A stretch of 64,000 nucleotides of DNA from Candidatus Yonathbacteria bacterium. Its GTDB lineage: Bacteria; Patescibacteriota; Minisyncoccia; Phycocordibacterales; UBA1550. The first letter of the stretch is position 1, and each line of letters starts with the position of its first letter. Positions 26,795 to 35,887 of the stretch are shown one piece after another. The stretch is from assembly GCA_016215205.1 (NCBI GenBank), contig JACRKU010000013.1, forward strand, positions 29,016 to 93,015. Reading direction: 5' to 3'. The notes under the pieces are model-generated. The model saw only the letters and a list, made by a program, of their open reading frames with translations. It was not told the origin of the DNA and ran no database searches. Position numbers and translations under genes: made by a program.

Positions 26795-28060
26795 ATGCGA
26801 CAATCTCAATTATTCACAAAAACTCGGAAAGATGCGCCCGCAGACGAGGTGGCAAAAAACGCTAAGCTCCTCATCCGTGCGGGTTTTGTCGACAAGCTTC
26901 AAGCGGGTGTTTACACGTATCTTCCGCTCGGTCTTCGCGTTCTGAAAAAAATTGAAAACATTATTCGCGAGGAAATGAATAATGCGGGCGGACAAGAAAT
27001 TTTGATGCCGTCGCTTCAGCCAAAAGAAAACTGGCAGACCACGGGGCGATGGGACACGATGGATGACCTTTATAAAGTGAGCGACTCGTCTGGTCGCGAA
27101 AACGCGCTCGGTCCCACACACGAGGAGATCGTGGTGCCGCTTGTGAAGCAATTTGTTTCATCGTATCGCGACCTTCCTTTTTCCGCATATCAATTTCAAA
27201 ACAAGTTTCGTATGGAGCTTCGCGCAAAATCGGGCATTCTCCGCGGGCGCGAGTTTATGATGAAAGATATGTATTCCTTTCATCGCGATGAGGCTGATAT
27301 GGAAGTATTTTATGAAAAGATGAAAGGCGTGTATGCGAATGTATTTGAACGAATGGGAATTGGTGCAACAACATTTTTAACTTTTGCTTCAGGCGGAAGT
27401 TTTTCAAAATACTCGCACGAATTTCAGACCGTCACCCCTGCGGGAGAGGATACAATTTACATTTGTGATAAATGTCATATAGCGGTGAACAAGGAAATCA
27501 TCGAGGATCAGAATAACGCATGTCCAAAGTGTCATGGAAAGAATTTGCGCACGGAAACGTCCGTAGAGGTAGGGAATATTTTTGAGCTAAAGACAAAATA
27601 TTCAGCCCCATTCAACCTTTCGTATAAAGACGAAGAAGGGAAAGAGCAAACGGTCGTTATGGGGTGCTATGGTATCGGGCTTGGGCGCGTTTTGGGTACT
27701 GTCGTAGAGGTGCTTGGCGATGAAAAGGGGCTTGTTTGGCCAGCTAGTATTTCTCCGTTTAATGTACATTTAGTTGACCTAGCAAATACAATCGAAGCGC
27801 GGCAATTGTATGATGAACTTGTGGCGGCCGGAGTCGAGGTGCTCTGGGATGATCGCGACTTGCGAGCAGGGGAGAAGTTTGCGGAGAGCGACCTCATTGG
27901 AATCCCTATCCGCGTTGTGGTATCCGCAAAAACTATTGAATCCGGTAAGCTCGAAGTGAAGACGAGAGCAACTGGCGAGGTTTCCATGGTCGACCGCGCC
28001 GAGTTATTCAAAATTCTCGAATCAGCAGATTCGCGTCTTGGACGCTGTTCAAAATTCTAA
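26795..28060 (+). CDS. proS: Proline-tRNA ligase (short, no editing insertion)
   Basis: LGPTHEE, REFMMKDMYSF, EVGNIFELKTKYS, MGCYGIG, DLIGIP. Confidence 0.96.
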   Translation: MRQSQLFTKTRKDAPADEVAKNAKLLIRAGFVDKLQAGVYTYLPLGLRVLKKIENIIREEMNNAGGQEILMPSLQPKENWQTTGRWDTMDDLYKVSDSSGRENALGPTHEEIVVPLVKQFVSSYRDLPFSAYQFQNKFRMELRAKSGILRGREFMMKDMYSFHRDEADMEVFYEKMKGVYANVFERMGIGATTFLTFASGGSFSKYSHEFQTVTPAGEDTIYICDKCHIAVNKEIIEDQNNACPKCHGKNLRTETSVEVGNIFELKTKYSAPFNLSYKDEEGKEQTVVMGCYGIGLGRVLGTVVEVLGDEKGLVWPASISPFNVHLVDLANTIEARQLYDELVAAGVEVLWDDRDLRAGEKFAESDLIGIPIRVVVSAKTIESGKLEVKTRATGEVSMVDRAELFKILESADSRLGRCSKF

Positions 28061-28072
28061 ATTCTACCCTAT

Positions 28073-29122
28073 ATGTTCGACAAATTTTACCAACTTTTTT
28101 CCAATGACATCGGCATCGATCTCGGTACCGCGAATACTCTTGTGTATTTGCGCGATCACGGCATCGTTATCAACGAGCCGTCGGTTGTTGCGGTAAATCA
28201 GAAAACGGGGCAGGTTGTCGCGCTAGGGACGCAGGCAAAACAAATGCTCGGTCGCACGCCGGGGCACATTGTTGCGGTGCGTCCTCTTGTTGACGGTGTC
28301 ATTTCAAACTTTGAAGTTACTGAAGAAATGCTCTCATACCTTATCGGAAAGGCGAATAAGATAAGCAAAAAAACGGTGCGGCCGCGCGTGGTTATCGGCG
28401 TGCCTTCCGGTATTACGACCGTTGAAGTGCGTGCCGTTTACGATGCGGCAAAAAATGCTGGCGCGCGAGAAGTGCACATTGTTGAAGAGCCGATGTCCGC
28501 GGCTATCGGCATAAAACTCCCCGTGAAAGAGCCGATTGGCAATATGATTATAGATATCGGCGGCGGCACGACAGACATCGCAGTAATTTCGCTCGGCGGT
28601 ATTGTACGCTCGAAAAATCTGCACATTGCGGGAGACCGTTTAAACAATGACATTATTAATTATGTGCGTGATGAATTTCGCGTGCTTATCGGCGAGCGCA
28701 CCGCGGAAAGCGTGAAAATCGCGATTGGCTCGGCTAAAAAAGGCGCAAGCCCGATGGAAGCGGTCATTCGCGGGCGCGACCTTGTGACAGGGCTTCCTCG
28801 CGAGGTGGTGGTGACAGACACGGATATTCGGGAAGCAATGAGCGCTTCGATTGTGGGTCTTGTTGAGTCGGTAAAAGAAGTCATTGAAACCACGCCGCCT
28901 GAAGTTCTTTCTGATGTGATGAGTCGCGGAATTATTTTGGTCGGCGGCGGCGCGCTCCTTCGCGGACTTGACGAGCTTCTTTCTCAAACGCTTCATGTCC
29001 CTGTTTATGTGGCCAACGACCCATTGACCGCAGTCGCGCGCGGCGCGGGGGTCATCCTTGAAGATATGGAAGGATTCCGCGAAGTGCTTATCGAACACGA
29101 AAATGACACACCGCCGCGATAG
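28073..29122 (+). CDS. mreB: Rod shape-determining actin MreB
   Basis: IDLGTANT, EPSVVA, DIGGGTT, GGGALL. Confidence 0.98.
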   Translation: MFDKFYQLFSNDIGIDLGTANTLVYLRDHGIVINEPSVVAVNQKTGQVVALGTQAKQMLGRTPGHIVAVRPLVDGVISNFEVTEEMLSYLIGKANKISKKTVRPRVVIGVPSGITTVEVRAVYDAAKNAGAREVHIVEEPMSAAIGIKLPVKEPIGNMIIDIGGGTTDIAVISLGGIVRSKNLHIAGDRLNNDIINYVRDEFRVLIGERTAESVKIAIGSAKKGASPMEAVIRGRDLVTGLPREVVVTDTDIREAMSASIVGLVESVKEVIETTPPEVLSDVMSRGIILVGGGALLRGLDELLSQTLHVPVYVANDPLTAVARGAGVILEDMEGFREVLIEHENDTPPR

Positions 29123-29897
29123 TTTATTGTTTGCACGAAAACATCGTGCATTTGTTGTTCTCATTGTCGTAAGCGCCCTTGCTCTTTTTTACGCACCGGT
29201 TAGGAATGCGCTTACGCAGGCGGTGTATACGGTTGCGCCGGGCGTGTGGGGTATCGGCAAGGCATCTTCGAGCGCATGGAATTCTTTTATAACAAATTTT
29301 CTCGTAAAGGATGCTCTGGTTGCCGAAAATGATTTGCTCCGCTCGGATGTCAGCCGTATGCAGGCGCAGGTTCTCGACAGAAATCTCCTCGGTGAGAAAG
29401 TAAATAAACTCGAAGAGGCGCTTGGCCGCGCGCAGGAGGACAATCGCGTTGTTGCCTATGTGCTCGCGGGACCGGGCTTGTCGCCCTATGACACGCTTAT
29501 TGTTGATGCGGGCACCGACAATGGTGTTGCATTGGGTAATACGGTTGTATACGCCGGGTCGGGTGTCATTGGAGAGGTTGTCGAAGTTACTTTGGCTACT
29601 TCAAAAATAAAACTGTACTCGTCCCCGGGGGTTGAACATTTGGTGGGGATTGGCGGACAGTCTATTCCGTCGCGGGCGTTCGGGAAAGGTATGGGAAATT
29701 TTGAAGCAAAGGTGCCGGAGGGAAGCGCTGTGGCTCCAGGAGACGCCGTTGTTTCTTTAAAAAGCGGACTTTTGCTCGGCATCGTTTCTTCTATTGAAGG
29801 AGAATCATCCTTGCCGTTTGTGCGCATATTTTTTAGAGTCCCGTTCAACATTACCGAGATTCGTTCCGTGGAAATTGTTGTTGATAAGCGTTCTTAA
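29103..29897 (+). CDS. mreC: Rod shape-determining protein MreC
   Basis: TM + coiled coil (EN..L) + DAG..GV..G..V; synteny after mreB. Confidence 0.88.
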   Translation: MTHRRDSLLFARKHRAFVVLIVVSALALFYAPVRNALTQAVYTVAPGVWGIGKASSSAWNSFITNFLVKDALVAENDLLRSDVSRMQAQVLDRNLLGEKVNKLEEALGRAQEDNRVVAYVLAGPGLSPYDTLIVDAGTDNGVALGNTVVYAGSGVIGEVVEVTLATSKIKLYSSPGVEHLVGIGGQSIPSRAFGKGMGNFEAKVPEGSAVAPGDAVVSLKSGLLLGIVSSIEGESSLPFVRIFFRVPFNITEIRSVEIVVDKRS

Positions 29898-29902
29898 ATA
29901 TA

Positions 29903-30151
29903 ATGAGAAATCGTATTATTTTTGATATTGTGCTATTTTGCGCGGTTTTTTTTACGCCGTGGTGGTTTGTAGCGGCACTTGCTTTTTTGGGTGCCTTTTT
30001 CTTTTCGTCGTTTTATGAAATTATAGCGTTCGGCGCGCTCGTTGATTTTTTATATGGCGCGCGCGCTTTGGCAGCTTCGGGAATGCTCGGTATTCTCGGA
30101 GCTGTCGTTATTTTTGTGCTGGCTACTTATATGAAGAAAATAGTGCGATAG
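29903..30151 (+). CDS. Small hydrophobic protein at the mreD position (mini-MreD)
   Basis: 82 aa, about 3 TM, G.LVDFLYG resembles the MreD G..D motif; between mreC and pbp2. Confidence 0.6.
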   Translation: MRNRIIFDIVLFCAVFFTPWWFVAALAFLGAFFFSSFYEIIAFGALVDFLYGARALAASGMLGILGAVVIFVLATYMKKIVR

Positions 30152-30169
30152 TAACCGTACAGCAATTTT

Positions 30170-31915
30170 ATGTCAAAGAAAATTTCCGCGCACCACTTAA
30201 GACAGCTTTCGCGAGACATCAATCCGGACGAGATTTTTCTTGATTCAAAAAACTTGCCCGGATTTGATAAAAATCAATTTGAGGGGCGCATAGAAAAATC
30301 TATAAGTCGGATGTCTATGTGGGGTATTTTTTTATTTTTTCTCTTGGTGGTTTTTGTTTTTCTTGCAAAAGTGACAAGTCTGCAAATTTTTCAGGGAACA
30401 GATTTTTTTAAAAAGAGCGAGAATAATCGCCTCGACCATACGCCCCTCTTTGCAATGCGCGGTGTTATTTACGATCGCAACAAAGTGCCGCTTGCGTGGA
30501 ATTCTTTTGATGACGAGGCGTCCAGAACAGCGCTCATCGTGTCTGATACAAGCTCGACAACCGAAAAAATGCCATTCCCGCATCGTTCTTATATCGCGGC
30601 ATCGGGGTTTGGTCACACGCTCGGCTATGTGAGCTATCCAAAGCGCGACAATCGCGGATATTATTTTCAAGAAAATTTTCTGGGCAAGGACGGCATCGAA
30701 GAATACTACAATGAAATTCTTTCCGGAAAAAATGGACTTCAGATTGTTGAGACAGATGCTCTTGGAAAAATAGAAGAGGGAAGCATTGTGGAGAATCCGC
30801 AAAATGGCACTGCGCTCATTTTGGGAATTGATGCGCGCGTACAAGAAAAACTGCATATCACGATTCGCGACACCACAAATGATTTTGGCTACATGGCGGG
30901 AGCGGGAGCTATTATGGATATTGAAACAGGCGAGCTTCTCGCGATGACGAGTTTTCCGGAATACGATAGCGCCACACTTTCCGAGGGAAAAAACAAAAAA
31001 CTTATTCAGAGCTACAATCTGGACAAACGTGCTGTGTTCCTCGACCGCGCGGTGTCGGGTGTGTACACACCCGGCTCTATTATAAAACCTTTTATGGCGA
31101 TTGCCGCGCTTGCTGAAGGTGTTGTCACTCCGGAAAAACAAATTTTGAGCACCGGGTCTATTTCCATTCAAAATCCATATTACCCGAATATAAAATCAGT
31201 GTTTAACGACTGGAAGGCGCACGGGTGGGTGGATATGCGCCGCGCTCTCGCAGTATCGTCGGACGTGTATTTTTATGAAATCGGCGGCGGCTTCGAAGGT
31301 CAAAAGGGCATCGGCATCGCGAACATTGAAAAATACGCGCGTATGTTCGGTTTTGGCGCGCCTACGGGTGTGGATATTACAGATGAAAAACTCGGCACGA
31401 TTCCGAACCCGGCGTGGAAAGAAAAAATGTTTGGAGGGGAAGCATGGCGCCTGGGAGACACATATCACACGGTCATCGGGCAGTATGGTTTTCAGGTTAC
31501 AATTCTGCAGGCGCTTCGCGGCGTCGCAAGTATCGCAAACGGCGGCACCCTTGTTACACCGCATTTTTTAAAAGACCCCGCGCAAGAATTTACATCATCA
31601 AAGATTTCAATTCCTTCGGAATATTTTCAAGTCGCGCGCGAGGGAATGCGCGCCGCGGTAATTGATGGCGGTACGGTGCGCGGACTTGATGTGCCGTATG
31701 TTGCTGTTGCCGGCAAGACCGGTACTGCCGAAATAGACGCAGGGAAAAAATATATCAACTCATGGGTTGTAGGTTTTTTCCCGTACGAAAAACCGCGTTA
31801 CGCGTTTACGGTCGTGATGGAGCGCGGTCCGCACGCAAACACTATCGGAGGCGTGTACATTATGCGCCAGATGTTTGACTGGATGAAGCAAAATACGCCG
31901 GAGTATCTAAATTAA
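30170..31915 (+). CDS. mrdA: Penicillin-binding protein 2 (class B)
   Basis: RGVIYDR, PGSIIK, SSD, GKTGTAE. Confidence 0.93.
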   Translation: MSKKISAHHLRQLSRDINPDEIFLDSKNLPGFDKNQFEGRIEKSISRMSMWGIFLFFLLVVFVFLAKVTSLQIFQGTDFFKKSENNRLDHTPLFAMRGVIYDRNKVPLAWNSFDDEASRTALIVSDTSSTTEKMPFPHRSYIAASGFGHTLGYVSYPKRDNRGYYFQENFLGKDGIEEYYNEILSGKNGLQIVETDALGKIEEGSIVENPQNGTALILGIDARVQEKLHITIRDTTNDFGYMAGAGAIMDIETGELLAMTSFPEYDSATLSEGKNKKLIQSYNLDKRAVFLDRAVSGVYTPGSIIKPFMAIAALAEGVVTPEKQILSTGSISIQNPYYPNIKSVFNDWKAHGWVDMRRALAVSSDVYFYEIGGGFEGQKGIGIANIEKYARMFGFGAPTGVDITDEKLGTIPNPAWKEKMFGGEAWRLGDTYHTVIGQYGFQVTILQALRGVASIANGGTLVTPHFLKDPAQEFTSSKISIPSEYFQVAREGMRAAVIDGGTVRGLDVPYVAVAGKTGTAEIDAGKKYINSWVVGFFPYEKPRYAFTVVMERGPHANTIGGVYIMRQMFDWMKQNTPEYLN

Positions 31916-31958
31916 GCCTAAATTGACTTTTAGCCATTAAACCGATAGAATGGGGCAT

Positions 31959-32426
31959 ATGTCAGAAGAAAAAGAATATTTAAGCAAAGAGAAATTTGAG
32001 GAATTGACCAAGGAGTTGGATTACTTGAAAAGCGTGCGCCGCAAGGAAATTGCGGAACAGCTTGAGTTTGCAAAGGGTCTAGGGGACCTATCGGAAAACG
32101 CCGAGTACCACGAGGCGCGCCAAAACCAAGCAGAGACCGAAGAGCGTATCGCAAAGCTTGAGCAGATGATCAAGAATGTTGTCATTACCGAAAAACACAA
32201 GGGCGGTTCTGTGGGCATCGGTTCAACGGTAGTCATTGTAAAAGGCGGAGAGAAATCGGAGCGCCACTACCAGATTGTCGGCTCCGAAGAAACAAACACA
32301 AAAGAGAGCAAAATCTCAAACAAATCTCCGCTCGGAGAAGCTATTATGGGGAAGAAAAAAGGAGACAAAATCTCTTACGAAACACCAGCGGGTGCTGTTG
32401 AAGCAAAGATTGTTAATGTGGAGTAA
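31959..32426 (+). CDS. greA: Transcription elongation factor GreA
   Basis: GDLSENAEY, ISNKSPLG; promoter TTGACT(31923)-17-TAGAAT(31946). Confidence 0.98.
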   Translation: MSEEKEYLSKEKFEELTKELDYLKSVRRKEIAEQLEFAKGLGDLSENAEYHEARQNQAETEERIAKLEQMIKNVVITEKHKGGSVGIGSTVVIVKGGEKSERHYQIVGSEETNTKESKISNKSPLGEAIMGKKKGDKISYETPAGAVEAKIVNVE

Positions 32427-32484
32427 TTTTAAATTTGTATCTGGGCTACTAATCACTATTGGCTAAAAACTAATAACTACTTCA

Positions 32485-33957
32485 ATGGCTTCCATCCTAG
32501 AGATTCGCGCCGAACGAATAAAGAAACTTGAACTTCTCAAAGAGAATGGAATGAGCGCATATCCGATCGTAACAAAACGTTCACTTTCGGTAGCGCAAGC
32601 TCTGTCTTCGTTTGCAAAACTTTCTCGCGAAAATAAAAAAATGACGCTTGCCGGGCGAGTGATGGCTCTCCGCGGACAGGGCGCGCTTGTGTTCTTTAAT
32701 CTGCGCGATGGAGAAGCCCTGATTCAGGGTTTTCTCAAGCGCGATGAAATGGACGAAAAGATTTTTGCGCTTTTTCAGGATACTGTCGATGTGGGCGATT
32801 TTATCGAATGCACGGGGACGCTTTTTATGACAAAGCGCAAAGAGCGCACGATACTCGTGAAGGATTGGAAAATTCTCGCCAAAAGTTTGCGCTCGCTTCC
32901 GGATAAATGGCACGGCCTTCAGGATGTAGAGGAGCGTTTTCGCAAACGCTATTTGGATTTGCTTATGTCAGACGAAGTCCGCGCGCGTTTTGTAATGCGT
33001 TCAAAAATCATCACCGAGATTCGCAAGTTCTTGAACGAGGCGGATTATCTCGAAGTTGAAACACCGCTCCTTCAATCGCTTGCGGGAGGCGCTCTCGCGG
33101 AGCCTTTTAAAACGCATCACAATGCGCTCGATATCGACCTCAACCTCCGCATCGCGCCCGAGCTTTATTTGAAAAAACTTTTGGTCGGCGGGTTTCCGCG
33201 CGTGTATGAGATTGGCCGTAATTTTAGAAATGAAGGTATCGATATGACGCACAACCCGGAATTTACGATGCTTGAGTTTTATGCCGCATACGAAACCGCG
33301 GGGTCCCAGATGGCGTTTGTCGAGAAGCTCTTGAAGACTCTCGTAAAAACAATTCTCAAGGGGAACAAAATAAAAAACGGAGAGGATGTTATAGATGTTT
33401 CAAGAAAGTTTGCCGTTGTGCCGTTTTTTGACTTATTCAAGCGTTACGCATCTATCGAAAATCCCGAGACAATGTCTTTGGATGACTGGTGCTTGTCTTC
33501 AGAACGTTTTGGCGTGCGTGTAGAGCCATCGGACTCCATAGAAAAAATAATGGACAATGTTTACAAAAAAGCATGCCGCCCAAAAATAATTCAACCGACA
33601 TTTATCATTGACTTTCCTGTAGGATTTTCACCATTCGCAAAAAAACAGGAAAAAAATCCGAGTTTAATCGACCGTTTCCAACTCGTTGTCGCCGGCATTG
33701 AAATGGTGAATGCATTTTCAGAATTGAACGACCCGCTTGATCAGCGTGCGCGCTACGAAGAGCAGGACAAAAAGAAAAAAGGAGGAGAAGGGGATGTGTC
33801 GCCATCGGACACTGATTATCTCGAAGCCATCGAATACGGCCTTCCCCCAGCTGGCGGTGTCGGTATCGGCATAGACCGCGTGGTAATGATTCTTTCCAAT
33901 ATGCGGAATATTCGCGAAGTAGTGCTGTTTCCCACAATGCGGCCAGAGAGCGAGTAA
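32485..33957 (+). CDS. lysS: Lysine-tRNA ligase (class II)
   Basis: RKRYLDL, LRIAPELYLK, FRNEG...HNPEF, GIGIDR. Confidence 0.98.
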   Translation: MASILEIRAERIKKLELLKENGMSAYPIVTKRSLSVAQALSSFAKLSRENKKMTLAGRVMALRGQGALVFFNLRDGEALIQGFLKRDEMDEKIFALFQDTVDVGDFIECTGTLFMTKRKERTILVKDWKILAKSLRSLPDKWHGLQDVEERFRKRYLDLLMSDEVRARFVMRSKIITEIRKFLNEADYLEVETPLLQSLAGGALAEPFKTHHNALDIDLNLRIAPELYLKKLLVGGFPRVYEIGRNFRNEGIDMTHNPEFTMLEFYAAYETAGSQMAFVEKLLKTLVKTILKGNKIKNGEDVIDVSRKFAVVPFFDLFKRYASIENPETMSLDDWCLSSERFGVRVEPSDSIEKIMDNVYKKACRPKIIQPTFIIDFPVGFSPFAKKQEKNPSLIDRFQLVVAGIEMVNAFSELNDPLDQRARYEEQDKKKKGGEGDVSPSDTDYLEAIEYGLPPAGGVGIGIDRVVMILSNMRNIREVVLFPTMRPESE

Positions 33958-33968
33958 AAACCTACCTG

Positions 33969-34004
33969 AAAAGAGCCCGTTCGCGAAGCGAACGGGCTCT
34001 TTTT
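33969..34004 (+). terminator. Rho-independent terminator
   Basis: AAAAGAGCCCGTTCGC-GAA-GCGAACGGGCTCTTTT. Confidence 0.88.
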
Positions 34005-34093
34005 CTTTATCGTCGCTTGTGGATATAACTGGGTACAATATCCACTTCGCTCGCTCGGGGCTAAAAAGGGTACTTTTTGACCCCTCACTCGCT

Positions 34094-34160
34094 TGTGGAT
34101 AACTATTGTTGTAGAGTGGGACAAAGTGTAATATAATGTAGCCAAGTGGGAAATTGTGGT
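34094..34160 (+). promoter_or_regulatory. mraZ promoter with MraZ boxes and a DnaA box
   Basis: GTGGG 34116, GTGTA 34126, GTGGG 34146, GTGGT 34156 (10-bp phase) around TATAAT 34132; TGTGGATAA 34094-34102. Confidence 0.75.
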
Positions 34161-34198
34161 AAATTAGAAAAACCACAAAAACCCCACTAAGAATCTTT

Positions 34199-34633
34199 AT
34201 GTTAATCGGCGAATACATTCACACACTCGACCCAAAGAAGCGCCTCGCGCTGCCGGTGAAATTTCGCAAGGAGCTTGGCAAAAAGGTGGTCATCACGCAC
34301 GGTCTCGACAACTGTCTTTTCGTATATCCAATGAAGGAATGGGAAAAGGTTGCGGAGAAACTTGCGGGGCTTCCCATGGGGCAGGCAGACACGCGCGGAT
34401 TCGGACGCTTTATGCTCGCTGGCGCGGTAGAAACGGATGTGGACAGCATCGGCCGTATTCTCGTTCCGGATTTTTTAAAAGAGTTTGCGAATTTAAAAAT
34501 AGAAGTCGCTGTCGTGGGGGTGTCCACGCGCGTTGAACTCTGGAACGAAAAAGAGTGGCTTGGATACAAAGCACGGATTCAAAAAGGCGCAGATGCGCTT
34601 GCTGAAAAGCTTGGAGAGATTGGTGTCATATAA
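34199..34633 (+). CDS. mraZ: Division/cell-wall transcriptional repressor MraZ
   Basis: GEY.H.LD.K.R..LP.KFR, D..GRI, VELW. Confidence 0.97.
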   Translation: MLIGEYIHTLDPKKRLALPVKFRKELGKKVVITHGLDNCLFVYPMKEWEKVAEKLAGLPMGQADTRGFGRFMLAGAVETDVDSIGRILVPDFLKEFANLKIEVAVVGVSTRVELWNEKEWLGYKARIQKGADALAEKLGEIGVI

Positions 34634-34639
34634 GCGAGT

Positions 34640-35524
34640 ATGGATCGTCATATCCCAGTTCTTTTACAGGAATCCACAGAAGGGCTCGCGCTCAAAGAGG
34701 GTAGCGTGGTGTTTGAGGGTACTGTCGGGCTCGGCGGACACAGTCGCGTACTTTGCGAAAAGATAGGGAAGTCGGGTCTCTTTATCGGTACCGATGCCGA
34801 CCTAGAATCGCTCAAGATTGCAGAAGAGCGTTTGAAAGATTTGCCGTGTAAAAAACTCTTTATATGCGACAATTTTCGAAACATTGATGCGGTACTAAAA
34901 AACGCAGGCGCAGAAAAAGTTGATGCCATTTTACTCGACATCGGCCTCTCCAATCGGCAACTTGAAGTCGCGCCACGCGGATTCTCATTTATGCGCGACG
35001 AACCGCTCCTTATGACCTTTCGTTCAAGCGGAGACGGTCTCACTGCGCGCGAGATTGTAAACGAATGGGCGGAGGAAAGCATTGCGGACATTATTTACGG
35101 CTATGGCGAGGAACGCTATGCGCGTCGCATAGCGCGCGGAATCGTAGAAGCGAGAAATGAAAAGCCTATCGAAACATCGGGACAGCTTGCGGAAATCGTA
35201 AAGCAAAGCGTACCGAAGCGTTTTGGCAAGATAAATCCCGCCACAAAGACCTTTCAGGCGCTACGCATTGCGGTAAACGATGAACTCGGCGCGCTCCGCG
35301 AAGGCATTGCAAAGGGATTTGAACACCTCGCTCCGGGCGGCAGAATGGCGGTCATTTCATTCCACTCGCTTGAAGATCGCATCGTAAAAGAATTTTTTAG
35401 ACAAAAAAAAGAAGAAGGAATAGCAACACTTTTTGCAAAGAAGCCGATCGTCCCCGACAACGCTGAAATAAAAGAAAATCCAAAATCACGAAGCGCAAAA
35501 TTAAGAATCATCATAAAAAATTAG
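34640..35524 (+). CDS. rsmH: 16S rRNA m4C1402 methyltransferase
   Basis: HIPVLL, GGHS, RGFSF, FQALRIAVN, SFHSLEDR, RSAKLR. Confidence 0.98.
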   Translation: MDRHIPVLLQESTEGLALKEGSVVFEGTVGLGGHSRVLCEKIGKSGLFIGTDADLESLKIAEERLKDLPCKKLFICDNFRNIDAVLKNAGAEKVDAILLDIGLSNRQLEVAPRGFSFMRDEPLLMTFRSSGDGLTAREIVNEWAEESIADIIYGYGEERYARRIARGIVEARNEKPIETSGQLAEIVKQSVPKRFGKINPATKTFQALRIAVNDELGALREGIAKGFEHLAPGGRMAVISFHSLEDRIVKEFFRQKKEEGIATLFAKKPIVPDNAEIKENPKSRSAKLRIIIKN

Positions 35525-35545
35525 CAACAAATTAATTTCAATACC

Positions 35546-35881
35546 ATGACCACAAAAACACTTGAACTGAATAATATTGAACAAAAGATTTTTTGGATAT
35601 TGGCGTCACTTATCGGCGTGGTGGTCGCTTTCTATTTGTACTCGGTTTTGTCTCTCACGCTTGCAGTCGTGGACCGCAATAGTATGAATGTCGCGGCGCG
35701 TTCCATCGCGAACAATGGCGCCATGCTTGAGGCTGAATATCTGTCGCAAACGAATTCAATCACACTTGCCTATGCGCAAAGACTCGGTTTTTCTGAGGTG
35801 AATGCGAAGTTTGCGGGTGAGCCGCTCGCCTCGGCGGCAACGGCAGTGATGTCTCCCGCAAAAATTTCAATGGCGCGTTAA
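35546..35881 (+). CDS. ftsL: FtsL-like bitopic protein
   Basis: TM + short coiled coil + A..LGF; position between rsmH and ftsI. Confidence 0.65.
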   Translation: MTTKTLELNNIEQKIFWILASLIGVVVAFYLYSVLSLTLAVVDRNSMNVAARSIANNGAMLEAEYLSQTNSITLAYAQRLGFSEVNAKFAGEPLASAATAVMSPAKISMAR

Positions 35882-35887
35882 AACGGG

